Assembly (NCBI GenBank): GCA_963708295.1
Contig: CAVPSJ010000017.1
Span: 160,001-224,000 of the forward strand
Source of the DNA: an uncultured delta proteobacterium
GTDB lineage: Bacteria > Desulfobacterota > BSN033 > UBA1163
Direction of reading: 5' to 3'
Length of the DNA: 64,000 nucleotides
Below are positions 18,058 to 26,748 of the stretch, piece by piece (position 1 is the first letter of the stretch; every line of letters starts with the position of its first letter). The translations under genes were made by a program, and so were the position numbers. The notes beneath the pieces are model-generated. The model was not told the origin of the DNA, searched no databases, and saw only the letters and a list, made by a program, of their open reading frames with translations.

Positions 18058-20229
18058 ATGAAGAAAGAACTTTCCCCTGACGCAAAAAGACGACGCAATG
18101 AGCTGATCATTATCGGGATCATCTCCTTCCTCATCCTTGTCTTTACGACCGTTGAGATGAAATTCCCGCAGATCGGAGGGAAAATCCCCGTCGCCAACAA
18201 TATCATCATCTTCAGCCTGATCAATATCAACATCATCCTGATTCTCCTGCTGATTTTCTTAGTCATCCGGAACCTTGTCAAACTGATCTTTGAGCGGAAG
18301 CGAAAAGTGTTGGGAGCCAAGCTCCGAACCAAATTGGTGGTGGCTTTTGTCAGCCTCTCTCTTATTCCCACCATTCTCCTTTTTTTGGTAGCCGTCGGTT
18401 TCATCACCAACAGTGTGGAACACTGGTTTAGCGCCCAGGTCGAGCAGTCTCTTCAAGGATCTTTGGAAGTGGCCCAGACCTACTACCGGGATTTTGCCAA
18501 CAACACCGTTTCCACGGCTCAACAGATCAGTAAGCCCCTGTCCAAACAAGGCATCGCCAAGGGGTCACGAGAAATGAGCCAGCTGAGAGAGCAGCTGGAG
18601 GCCAGACGGCAGGAGCATCATCTCAGCACCCTCGGGATATTCTTAAAGGGAGAAGGGAACACGATCGGAGTGGAGGATCCCACGCTCAGGCCTGTTTCTC
18701 TCCAGCTTCCGAAGGATCTGTTAGACGCCGGGTTTTCAGGGAAAGAAGTTTCCAGAATCTTGTCGGTGGGAGAGGGAGAGTTGATCACTGGCATCGCTCC
18801 CATTTTCAACCCTTCGGACGGAAGGGAGGTCCTCGGGGTCGTCGTGGCCTCACACTTTATCCCGAAGAGTCTTACGGTCAAGATGCATGAGATCTCGCAG
18901 GCGTTTCTGGAGTATAAACAATTGAAGATCTTAAAAAAGCCGATCAAGTTTAGCTACATGATGGCCCTGCTGATGGTCACCCTCCTCATCGTTTTTTCGG
19001 CCACCTGGTTTGGCTTTCATTTAGCCAAGGACATTACCGTTCCCATCAAAGACCTGGCAGAGGCGACCGATCGGATTGCCTCTGGAGACCTCAATTTCCG
19101 GATTCAGATGAAAGCGGCAGACGAGATCGGCATGCTTGTTCAATCCTTCAATCAAATGACGGGGGATCTCCAGGTGAGCCGCTCTGAGCTGGAACAACGG
19201 AAAAAGTACATGGAGATCGTGCTGAAGAACGTGGCCGCTGGAGTGATTTCCATCGATGAGAAGGGAAGCGTGACCACGACCAACACCTCCGCAGAACAGA
19301 TGTTGGAGATCAGGGGAGAAGAGGTGCTGGAAAAGAAGTTCTCGGAGGTACTCCCTCGAGAGTATGTGGGACAGCTTGAGCGATTATTGGAGGAGCTCAA
19401 ACTCTCCCGGAAAGATTCTATTGAGAGGCAGATGATTGTGAACCTGGAAGGAAAATCCCTGTCCCTGTTGATCAATCTGACGGCCCTGAGGGATGAGGAA
19501 GGAAAATCTCTCGGGGTGGTGGCGGTCTTCGATGACCTCACCCAGTTGATCAAGGCCCAGAGAATGGCGGCCTGGAGGGAAGTGGCCCGCCGGATTGCTC
19601 ATGAAATCAAGAATCCCCTAACCCCTATTCAGCTTTCTGCGCAACGGCTGAGGAAACGGTACTTGGAGAAACTTCAGCCAGACGGGACAGTTTTTGATGA
19701 ATGCACCCGAATGATTGTAAAACAGGTTGAAGAATTGAAGGGAATGGTCAATGAGTTTTCGAACTTTGCCCGGATGCCGGCTTCCCAACCGACACCGAAC
19801 CATCTCAATGAGATCATTCAGGAAACACTCGTTCTCTTTCAGGGAGTGCAGCAACAGGTCCAGTTTGAATTTATTCCCAATGAGCTTCCTATCCTCAATG
19901 TCGACCGGGATCAGATGAAGCGGGTGATGATCAACCTGGTCAAGAATAGTCTTGCCGCCATTGAAAATGGAGGCAAGATCAGAATCCAAACGAGTTATGA
20001 TTCCAAACTGCAGACGGTCCGCCTTGAGGTGAGCGACGATGGTCGTGGAATTCCTGAAGAGGACAAAGAGAGACTTTTCGAACCTTACTTCTCGACTAAG
20101 AAAAGCGGGATGGGATTAGGATTGACCATTGTCAATGCCATCGTCTCTGATCACAACGGGTATATCCGGGTGCGAGACAACAAACCCAGAGGCACGACCT
20201 TCCTCATCGAGCTCCCCGTCCGCGTTTAA
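18058..20229 (+). CDS. NtrY-like HAMP-PAS sensor histidine kinase
   Basis: KLRTKLV, HAMP (DEIGMLVQSFNQM), AWREVARRIAHEIKNPLTPIQLSA, N/G1/F/G2 boxes. Confidence 0.93.
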   Translation: MKKELSPDAKRRRNELIIIGIISFLILVFTTVEMKFPQIGGKIPVANNIIIFSLININIILILLLIFLVIRNLVKLIFERKRKVLGAKLRTKLVVAFVSLSLIPTILLFLVAVGFITNSVEHWFSAQVEQSLQGSLEVAQTYYRDFANNTVSTAQQISKPLSKQGIAKGSREMSQLREQLEARRQEHHLSTLGIFLKGEGNTIGVEDPTLRPVSLQLPKDLLDAGFSGKEVSRILSVGEGELITGIAPIFNPSDGREVLGVVVASHFIPKSLTVKMHEISQAFLEYKQLKILKKPIKFSYMMALLMVTLLIVFSATWFGFHLAKDITVPIKDLAEATDRIASGDLNFRIQMKAADEIGMLVQSFNQMTGDLQVSRSELEQRKKYMEIVLKNVAAGVISIDEKGSVTTTNTSAEQMLEIRGEEVLEKKFSEVLPREYVGQLERLLEELKLSRKDSIERQMIVNLEGKSLSLLINLTALRDEEGKSLGVVAVFDDLTQLIKAQRMAAWREVARRIAHEIKNPLTPIQLSAQRLRKRYLEKLQPDGTVFDECTRMIVKQVEELKGMVNEFSNFARMPASQPTPNHLNEIIQETLVLFQGVQQQVQFEFIPNELPILNVDRDQMKRVMINLVKNSLAAIENGGKIRIQTSYDSKLQTVRLEVSDDGRGIPEEDKERLFEPYFSTKKSGMGLGLTIVNAIVSDHNGYIRVRDNKPRGTTFLIELPVRV

Positions 20230-20237
20230 AAGAACGT

Positions 20238-20427
20238 AGAGCGCATAGCGCATAGGGCATGGCGTAAGAACCCACCCGCGAATTGACGTCTGCTCACCTT
20301 TCAGAGTAAAGGAATCCTTTGATTTAAGCCTATTTTTCCGGTAAAATAGTTGTAAATAGCCAGGAAGGCGATTTTCCGAGCTATTTAACTTTATAATCGC
20401 TATGCGCTTAGCGCTATGCTCTATGCG
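20238..20427. repeat. Inverted 7-mer arrays (GCATAGC / GCTATGC) bracketing the smpB upstream region
   Basis: gagcgcatagcgcatagggcatggcg ... cgctatgcgcttagcgctatgctctatgcg. Confidence 0.7.
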
Positions 20428-20439
20428 TGGTATTGAGAG

Positions 20440-20901
20440 ATGGGCGAAAAGGTGATTTGCCAGAACAGAAAGGCGTTTCATAACTACTCCATTGAGGAGA
20501 CTTACCAGGCCGGGGTTATCCTTCTTGGGTCGGAGGTTAAATCCTTGCGCGAGGGAAAGGTGAGCCTCGGGGACAGTTACGGTGATATCAAAAGGAGCGA
20601 GGTCTTTCTGGTTGACGCTCATATCAGCCCTTATCCCCAGGCAAACAGACTGAATCACGAGCCGTTGAGGACGAGGAAACTCCTCCTTCACAAAAAGGAG
20701 ATCAAACGCCTCATCGGCAAGGTGGAACAGAGGGGCTATACGCTGATTCCGATCAAGCTCTACTTCGTCGATGGAAAGGTCAAGGTGGATCTCGCTCTCG
20801 CAAAGGGGAAAAAACTTTTTGATAAGAGGGAGACGCTCAAGAAGAAAACCATGGAACGTGAGATGGAAAGGGGGCGAAAAGGGTTCGACGGGGATCGTTG
20901 A
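20440..20901 (+). CDS. smpB: SsrA-binding protein
   Basis: NRKAFHNY, GSEVKSLR, RKLLLHKKEI, LAKGKKLFDKRE. Confidence 0.98.
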   Translation: MGEKVICQNRKAFHNYSIEETYQAGVILLGSEVKSLREGKVSLGDSYGDIKRSEVFLVDAHISPYPQANRLNHEPLRTRKLLLHKKEIKRLIGKVEQRGYTLIPIKLYFVDGKVKVDLALAKGKKLFDKRETLKKKTMEREMERGRKGFDGDR

Positions 20902-21225
20902 CGTCAGGGCTGCATACCGAGGTCCCATTGGCTCGTTAAACAAATGGGATTAAACATAATCGCAAACAACTACGATTATGCCCTGGCTGCCTAAGCGCAG
21001 CTAGGCGTCCTCCCTGTCCTTGCCTGTAGGGCAGGATCAGGATGTCAGAAAAACAGGATAGTCCCTCTCCGAATCCTATAGAAGAGGGGCGAAACCTAAT
21101 AGGATAGTCTCTCGGGAATCCTGCCTGTGGGAGCCCTGAAGGACGAACTCAAAATACAGGCTATGTATGTAGATGTTCTGTCGGAAGGTTCTCGGACGCG
21201 GGTTCGATTCCCGCCGCCTCCACCA
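20870..21225 (+). ncRNA. ssrA: tmRNA, tag (A)ANNYDYALAA
   Basis: 5' GGGGGCG..GGTTCGAC; tag frame GCA AAC AAC TAC GAT TAT GCC CTG GCT GCC TAA; 3' GGTTCGATTCCCGCCGCCTCCACCA. Confidence 0.97.
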
Positions 21226-21235
21226 ATTTTAAATT

Positions 21236-21272
21236 AAAAAAGCCCCAATGATCTTCGGGGCTTTTTATTTTT
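21236..21272 (+). terminator. Intrinsic terminator of ssrA
   Basis: AAAAAGCCCC-aatgatcttc-GGGGCTTTTTATTTTT. Confidence 0.85.
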
Positions 21273-21809
21273 GATCCTCTCAAAATTTCGTTTTCCGGAC
21301 GCTTTCCAACCCACAGAAATCTTCCTTCTTTGTCAATCCTTCACCTTGCGATCATTTTCCAATTGTCTCCCCATAATTTTATTAAAAGATGGGGAACGTC
21401 AAGGGCGCGGGTGATGGAGAAAAATAATAAGGGTTAGAAGGTAAGATTTACTTATTGTAACGCTGAATATTGGTCTGCAAGCATTGCCAATGCTTCTTGA
21501 GTTGTTCCTGAAATCAGTAAAGAGCCTCTCTTTCTTTCCAATGCAGATTTCAACCAGATATCTTTAGTTTAGTCAAAGTGCAGGAATAGGCAAGATAGGT
21601 TCATCTTCAAAGCCCCGAAACCACCGAGACCTCGGGCTGTGGAAAAAACTCCCTTCCTTGTTTCCCCCTTGCTAAGATTTTCTTTTATCTGCCTTTGACC
21701 TGATACAATTTGCTTTCGCTAGAGGACTCTGCTCGCTTGACAAGGGCAAGCCCTGGTCATATGATACGATGGTGTTTGTGCTCATACAATCAAATCAAGG
21801 AGATCCGAT

Positions 21810-22451
21810 ATGAAAGTAGCAATCGTTGGAGCTACTGGGTATGTAGGTTCACGCGTGCTTTCTGAAGCATTGAATCGTGGACACCGGGTGACCGCGATCG
21901 TACGCAGCCCAGAAAAATTGCCCCAACATTCTCAACTCAGCGCGGCAAAATGTGATGTGTCCAATGAGGACGCCGTCGCAGAGGTCGTTAAGGGACATGC
22001 TGCCGTGATTAGTGCTTTCAACCCGAGCCGGCTAAGTCGCGATAACAACAAACCTCAGATTGAAACCATACGGTCTCTCATTGCCGGAATGAAAAGAGCC
22101 GCGGTCAAACGGTTGTTAGTCGTGGGCGGAGCTGGGAGCCTGGAGGTCGCTCCGGGCCTGCAGTTGGTGGATACCCCGGATTTCCCCGCGATCTGGAAAC
22201 CGGGTTCTCTGGCTACTCGTGAAGTGCTCAACATCCTGCGCGGTGAGCAAGAGCTGGAATGGTCTTTTCTGAGCCCTTCAGCCGTTCTGGAGCCTGGTCA
22301 ACGGACCGGCCATTTTCGCCTGGGCACTGACCAGCTGCTCGCCGACAGTACCGGCCAGAGCAAGATCTCCCTTGAAGATTATGCAATGGCGATGATCGAT
22401 GAACTGGAGAACCCGAAGCACATCCGCCTGCGTTTTACGGTAGGTTACTAA
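21810..22451 (+). CDS. NAD(P)-binding oxidoreductase (YwnB/flavin-reductase-like)
   Basis: GATGYVG, VGGAGSL, WSFLSPS, ISLEDYAMA..DELE. Confidence 0.88.
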   Translation: MKVAIVGATGYVGSRVLSEALNRGHRVTAIVRSPEKLPQHSQLSAAKCDVSNEDAVAEVVKGHAAVISAFNPSRLSRDNNKPQIETIRSLIAGMKRAAVKRLLVVGGAGSLEVAPGLQLVDTPDFPAIWKPGSLATREVLNILRGEQELEWSFLSPSAVLEPGQRTGHFRLGTDQLLADSTGQSKISLEDYAMAMIDELENPKHIRLRFTVGY

Positions 22452-22490
22452 CCTCTGCGTATACAAAAACATAAAAAGGAGGAGAAGGCA

Positions 22491-23483
22491 ATGAGAGAAG
22501 TTGGATGGAAGATGCTTGAGGAAATATTCCGTATATTTTTTATCCTTTTTCTATTCATCCCGTTTTTGGAAGTTGCCTGGGCCGCGAGTCCTAACTATCC
22601 GAATCATCCGATTAGCTTGGTTGTTCCTTATCCTCCCGGGGGCGTGACGGACCTGGCGGCACGCGCTTACGCGGAAGCGCTGGAAAAGCAATTAAACCAG
22701 CCCGTCGTGGTGGCGAATAAGACCGGCGGAGCGAGCATCATGGGGGGCAGCTTTGTGGTGAATTCAAAACCGGATGGGTATACCCTGGGTTATCTTCCTT
22801 TTCACACGGCGGTTCCAGAAGTGTACAGCTACTTTTTGGATGCTCCGTATTCGAGCAAAGAGCTGAGACCGATCTGTACCGTTACCGAAGGGATCACGGC
22901 AGTGGTCGTCAGAGCGGATGCATCCTGGAAGACCCTGAAAGATCTAGTGGAGTTCGGCAAAAAAAATCCCGGCTTGAAATTCGGGTGCGCCGGCAAGAAT
23001 TCACCACCCTACATGTTCGCTGCAAACCTGGATCGGCAGGAGAAGTTGCGATTTCTCTATGTTCCTTATAACGGCGACCCTGATGTGATGCTGGCGCTCC
23101 TCGGCGGGCATGTCGATCTTGCCCTCGTGATCTATACTTCGGCCAAATCCCTCGCGGACGGCAAGAAAGCCAGAATCCTTGCCGTCGGTTCCAAAACCAG
23201 ATTGGAATTTGCCCGTGACATTCCCACGGTCCTCGAATTCGGCTACAAATTGCCCCCTCCGTCTCCCCAGGGTGTCTATGGGCCAAAAGGAACGCCGGAT
23301 GAAGTGGTCAGGGTAATCAATGAAGCGAGCCGAAAGGTTGTTGACCAGGCGGACTTTCGGGCTAAGATTAACACCATCGGCGTGCCGTTGATTTTCCAGG
23401 ATACGGCTACTATTGAAAAATCGAATCTTCAAGTGAAGGAAGAGATATACGGATTCTTTAAGGAGGAAGGACTCATCAAGTAA
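22491..23483 (+). CDS. tctC: Tripartite tricarboxylate transporter substrate-binding protein, copy 1
   Basis: Signal peptide, VPYPPGGVTD..AR, NKTGG, PDGYTL, ALLGGHVD. Confidence 0.92.
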   Translation: MREVGWKMLEEIFRIFFILFLFIPFLEVAWAASPNYPNHPISLVVPYPPGGVTDLAARAYAEALEKQLNQPVVVANKTGGASIMGGSFVVNSKPDGYTLGYLPFHTAVPEVYSYFLDAPYSSKELRPICTVTEGITAVVVRADASWKTLKDLVEFGKKNPGLKFGCAGKNSPPYMFAANLDRQEKLRFLYVPYNGDPDVMLALLGGHVDLALVIYTSAKSLADGKKARILAVGSKTRLEFARDIPTVLEFGYKLPPPSPQGVYGPKGTPDEVVRVINEASRKVVDQADFRAKINTIGVPLIFQDTATIEKSNLQVKEEIYGFFKEEGLIK

Positions 23484-23588
23484 GGAAGGAAAGAGCGGAT
23501 GATCATGTATAGGACTCGGCTCCTGGAGTAAACCCCGGTATGGCCGCGAAACATTTTTGGGCACAAAAAGAGAAAAGGAGGAAAAGCG

Positions 23589-24581
23589 ATGAAAGAAGTT
23601 GGATGGAAGATATGGGGTGGAATATTCGGTGTATTCTTTTTCCTTTTTCTAATCATTCCAGTCGGGAATGAAGCTGGGGCAGCGGGCATTAAGTATCCGG
23701 ATCGTCCGATCACGATCGTGGTTCCCTATCCTCCAGGTGGAAGTACTGACCTCGCCGCACGCGTCTGGGCAGATGGCTTGGAAAAGATTCTAAAACAACC
23801 TGTGGTCGTGACCAATAAGGTGGGCGGAGCCAGCACGGTTGGCGGCAACTTCGTGGCTCTCGCGAAGCCCGATGGATATACCTTGGGCTACCTTCCTTTC
23901 CATACAGCCACGCCCGAGGCCTACAGCTACTTTATGGATGCTCCATACTCAAGCAAGGACTTCAAGCCCATCTGTACCGTCACCGCGGGAATCGCTGCAA
24001 TCGTCGTCAAAGCGGACGCGCCTTGGAACAGTCTGAAAGAGTTTGTTGAGTTTGCGAAGAAGAACCCGGGGTTGAAATGCGGGACCTCCGGAAAAGCGAC
24101 CCCTCCGTACAGGCTTGTGGGAAAGCTGGACCGGCAGGAGAAGCTGGGTCTTGTGCATGTCCCGTTCCAGGGAGATGCTGAGGTTTGCCTGGGACTCCTG
24201 GGCGACCATATCAGCATCGCCTCCCTGATCTATGCAGCGGGAAAATCCTTGGCGGACGGCAAGAAAATTAAATTCCTTGCAGTGAGCACCAAGAAAAGAC
24301 TCGACTTTGCCCCCAATATCCCGACGGTCAACGAAAGCGGTTATCCCTCCTATTCCCCCGATCCCCAGGCGGTATACGGACCCAAGGGAACACCCGACGA
24401 GGTGGTAAAGATCATCAGTGATGCGACTCGAAAAATCGTTGAACAGCCAGAATATCGGACGAAGGTTCACAGTCTTGGGGTTCTTGTCAATTATGAAGAC
24501 GCCGCTACCATCGAGAAGGCTAATGTTCAGGTTAAGGACGAAATACAAACCTTCTTTAAAGAAGAAGGATTGGTAAAATGA
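23589..24581 (+). CDS. tctC: Tripartite tricarboxylate transporter substrate-binding protein, copy 2
   Basis: VPYPPGGSTD, KPDGYTLG; colinear 330-aa paralogue of copy 1. Confidence 0.92.
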   Translation: MKEVGWKIWGGIFGVFFFLFLIIPVGNEAGAAGIKYPDRPITIVVPYPPGGSTDLAARVWADGLEKILKQPVVVTNKVGGASTVGGNFVALAKPDGYTLGYLPFHTATPEAYSYFMDAPYSSKDFKPICTVTAGIAAIVVKADAPWNSLKEFVEFAKKNPGLKCGTSGKATPPYRLVGKLDRQEKLGLVHVPFQGDAEVCLGLLGDHISIASLIYAAGKSLADGKKIKFLAVSTKKRLDFAPNIPTVNESGYPSYSPDPQAVYGPKGTPDEVVKIISDATRKIVEQPEYRTKVHSLGVLVNYEDAATIEKANVQVKDEIQTFFKEEGLVK

Positions 24582-24601
24582 GGTGATGGAAGCTTAGGAT
24601 C

Positions 24602-25081
24602 ATGATCCGGAAAGGAAAGAGGGAGGGGTTTTTCTGGTTCGGAATCGGGATGATTATCTGCATTCTTGGTTGGAAGATTGGGTTAGGATCCTTCCAAGAA
24701 CCGGGATCCGGGTTTATCGCCTTTCTTTCGGGACTGCTGATCTGCATTCTTGGGTTATTGATTGTCCTTCCGAAAGAATCTCCGAAAAGCCTTCTTGAGG
24801 CTCACTCCGGTTTTCGTCGGGCATTCCGCGGAGCCCCCGTGTTTCTGCTTCTTCTTACCGTCGGAGTCCTTCTGGGTTACGGCATCTTTCTCGAGATTTT
24901 GGGTTACAATTTAACAACATTCTTAGTCATGTGGGCGCTTTTTTATCTCTTTTATGAGAAAGGAAAGCGCCGCATCGTATGGAGTGCTTTAGCCTCCTTC
25001 GCAACGGCGGGTGTGACCTACCTGGTGTTTGAGGTTTGGCTTCGCTCTCAACTGCCTCGCGGCATTTTCCCTTGGTGGTGA
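24602..25081 (+). CDS. tctB: TTT small permease
   Basis: Four TM segments, PGSG, ILGY, LVFEVWL..LPRG. Confidence 0.87.
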   Translation: MIRKGKREGFFWFGIGMIICILGWKIGLGSFQEPGSGFIAFLSGLLICILGLLIVLPKESPKSLLEAHSGFRRAFRGAPVFLLLLTVGVLLGYGIFLEILGYNLTTFLVMWALFYLFYEKGKRRIVWSALASFATAGVTYLVFEVWLRSQLPRGIFPWW

Positions 25082-25089
25082 AATTCCCC

Positions 25090-26592
25090 ATGGACATCCT
25101 TCACTATCTGTTCTATGGATTCGGCGTTGCCCTTCAGCCGATGAACCTGCTGTTATGCTTTATTGGAGTCTTCATCGGGACTTTGGTTGGAGTGCTTCCT
25201 GGCATTGGTCCTCCGGGTGCAATGGCCTTACTGCTTCCTGTTACCTATGGGATCTCGCCAGTGGGCGCCATCATCATGCTGGCAGGAATCTTCTATGGCG
25301 CGATGTACGGAGGGTCGACGACATCGATCCTGGTCAACATTCCAGGAGAGGCGGCTTCAGTGATCACCTGCATTGATGGGCACCAGATGGCTCTCCAGGG
25401 CAGGGCAGGCCCGGCTCTTGGAATTTCAGCTTTTGGTTCGTTCATTTCAGGCACGGTTGGCCTCGTGGGGCTCATGCTTATCTGTAACCCCTTGGCTGAG
25501 ATCGCGGTCAAGTTTGGTTCCGCGGAATACTTTTCCCTCATGTGTCTGGGGATGATCATTTTGATTTACCTGACTCAAGGATCAATCCTGCGAGGAATGA
25601 TGATGGCAGGGGTTGGGCTCTTCTTGAGCCTCATAGGGCAGGATATTGTAACAGGGAGGGCCCGCTTGACGTTCGGACTTGTTGGATTCCTTGACGGTAT
25701 CGGTTTGATTCCCATGGTCATGGGTCTTTATGGGGTTGCTGATATCCTTCTCAATCTTGAAAAAGTGGCTGAAAGAACAATTACCAAAGTAAGAACCCAG
25801 AGTATACTCCCTACCAAAGAGGACTGGCGAAGGTCTGCTTGGCCTATTGGCAGGGGAACACTCATTGGTTTCTTTCTCGGAATCCTTCCGGGTGGGGGTA
25901 TCATCCTGTCCACTTTTGCTTCCTATATTGTAGAAAAGAAACTCTCCAAACACCCCGAGCAATTCGGCAAAGGGGCTATCGAAGGAGTGGCAGGTCCGGA
26001 GGCAGCAAACAATGCAGCTTCGAGTGGATCGTTCATTCCCTTGTTTGCTTTGGGAATTCCGCCGAATGTCATTATTGCACTACTTCTTGGGGCATTGATG
26101 CTTCACGGAATTCAGCCGGGGCCCTTGCTGTTTACTGACCATCCGGAGATATTCTGGGGAACGGTGGCGAGCATGTATATAGGGAATGCCATGCTGTTAG
26201 CCCTGAACCTGCCCCTCATCGGAATGTGGGTCCAAATATTGAAGATCCCTTATAAGACGCTTTTCCCGTTGATCCTGCTTTTTTGTCTCATCGGGGTATA
26301 CTGCGCGAGCGGGAATGTTTTTGACATCTATGTCATGGTTGTCTTCGGAGTGTTGGGCTATGTCATGCAGAAACTAGGCTATGAGCCAGCCCCTTTGGTG
26401 ATGTCCTTTGTGCTGGGCCCTCTATTGGAGAAAAATCTGCGCCAAGCGTTGATTATGTCAGGGGGAAGCATGAAGATCTTTGTGAGTCGTCCAATATCCG
26501 CCGTAACATTGCTGATAGCTCTGTTTATCGTCGTTTCTGCCACGATCCCGGCTCTCCAGAGAAGGCGAAGGAAAGTAATCACAGAAGAATAG
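25090..26592 (+). CDS. tctA: TTT large permease
   Basis: GVLPGIG, YGAMYGGS..SILVNIPG, EGVAGPEAANNA. Confidence 0.95.
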   Translation: MDILHYLFYGFGVALQPMNLLLCFIGVFIGTLVGVLPGIGPPGAMALLLPVTYGISPVGAIIMLAGIFYGAMYGGSTTSILVNIPGEAASVITCIDGHQMALQGRAGPALGISAFGSFISGTVGLVGLMLICNPLAEIAVKFGSAEYFSLMCLGMIILIYLTQGSILRGMMMAGVGLFLSLIGQDIVTGRARLTFGLVGFLDGIGLIPMVMGLYGVADILLNLEKVAERTITKVRTQSILPTKEDWRRSAWPIGRGTLIGFFLGILPGGGIILSTFASYIVEKKLSKHPEQFGKGAIEGVAGPEAANNAASSGSFIPLFALGIPPNVIIALLLGALMLHGIQPGPLLFTDHPEIFWGTVASMYIGNAMLLALNLPLIGMWVQILKIPYKTLFPLILLFCLIGVYCASGNVFDIYVMVVFGVLGYVMQKLGYEPAPLVMSFVLGPLLEKNLRQALIMSGGSMKIFVSRPISAVTLLIALFIVVSATIPALQRRRRKVITEE

Positions 26593-26748
26593 GGAGAAGA
26601 TTTTGGAGGCAATCTTTCACGACGACTGCGTCACTCCGAGAACAATGAAAATTCGTATTTGCCGAAGGTTTTATGTTACCAATGAGGTACTAACGCTCAC
26701 GCTGATACAGGCAGGTTTACTTTCTGAACAATTTCTGAAGAGGGAAAG

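Noticed and set aside
21440-21660. Possible decayed minus-strand gene after ssrA
   Set aside because: Interrupted by stops and no identifiable motif.
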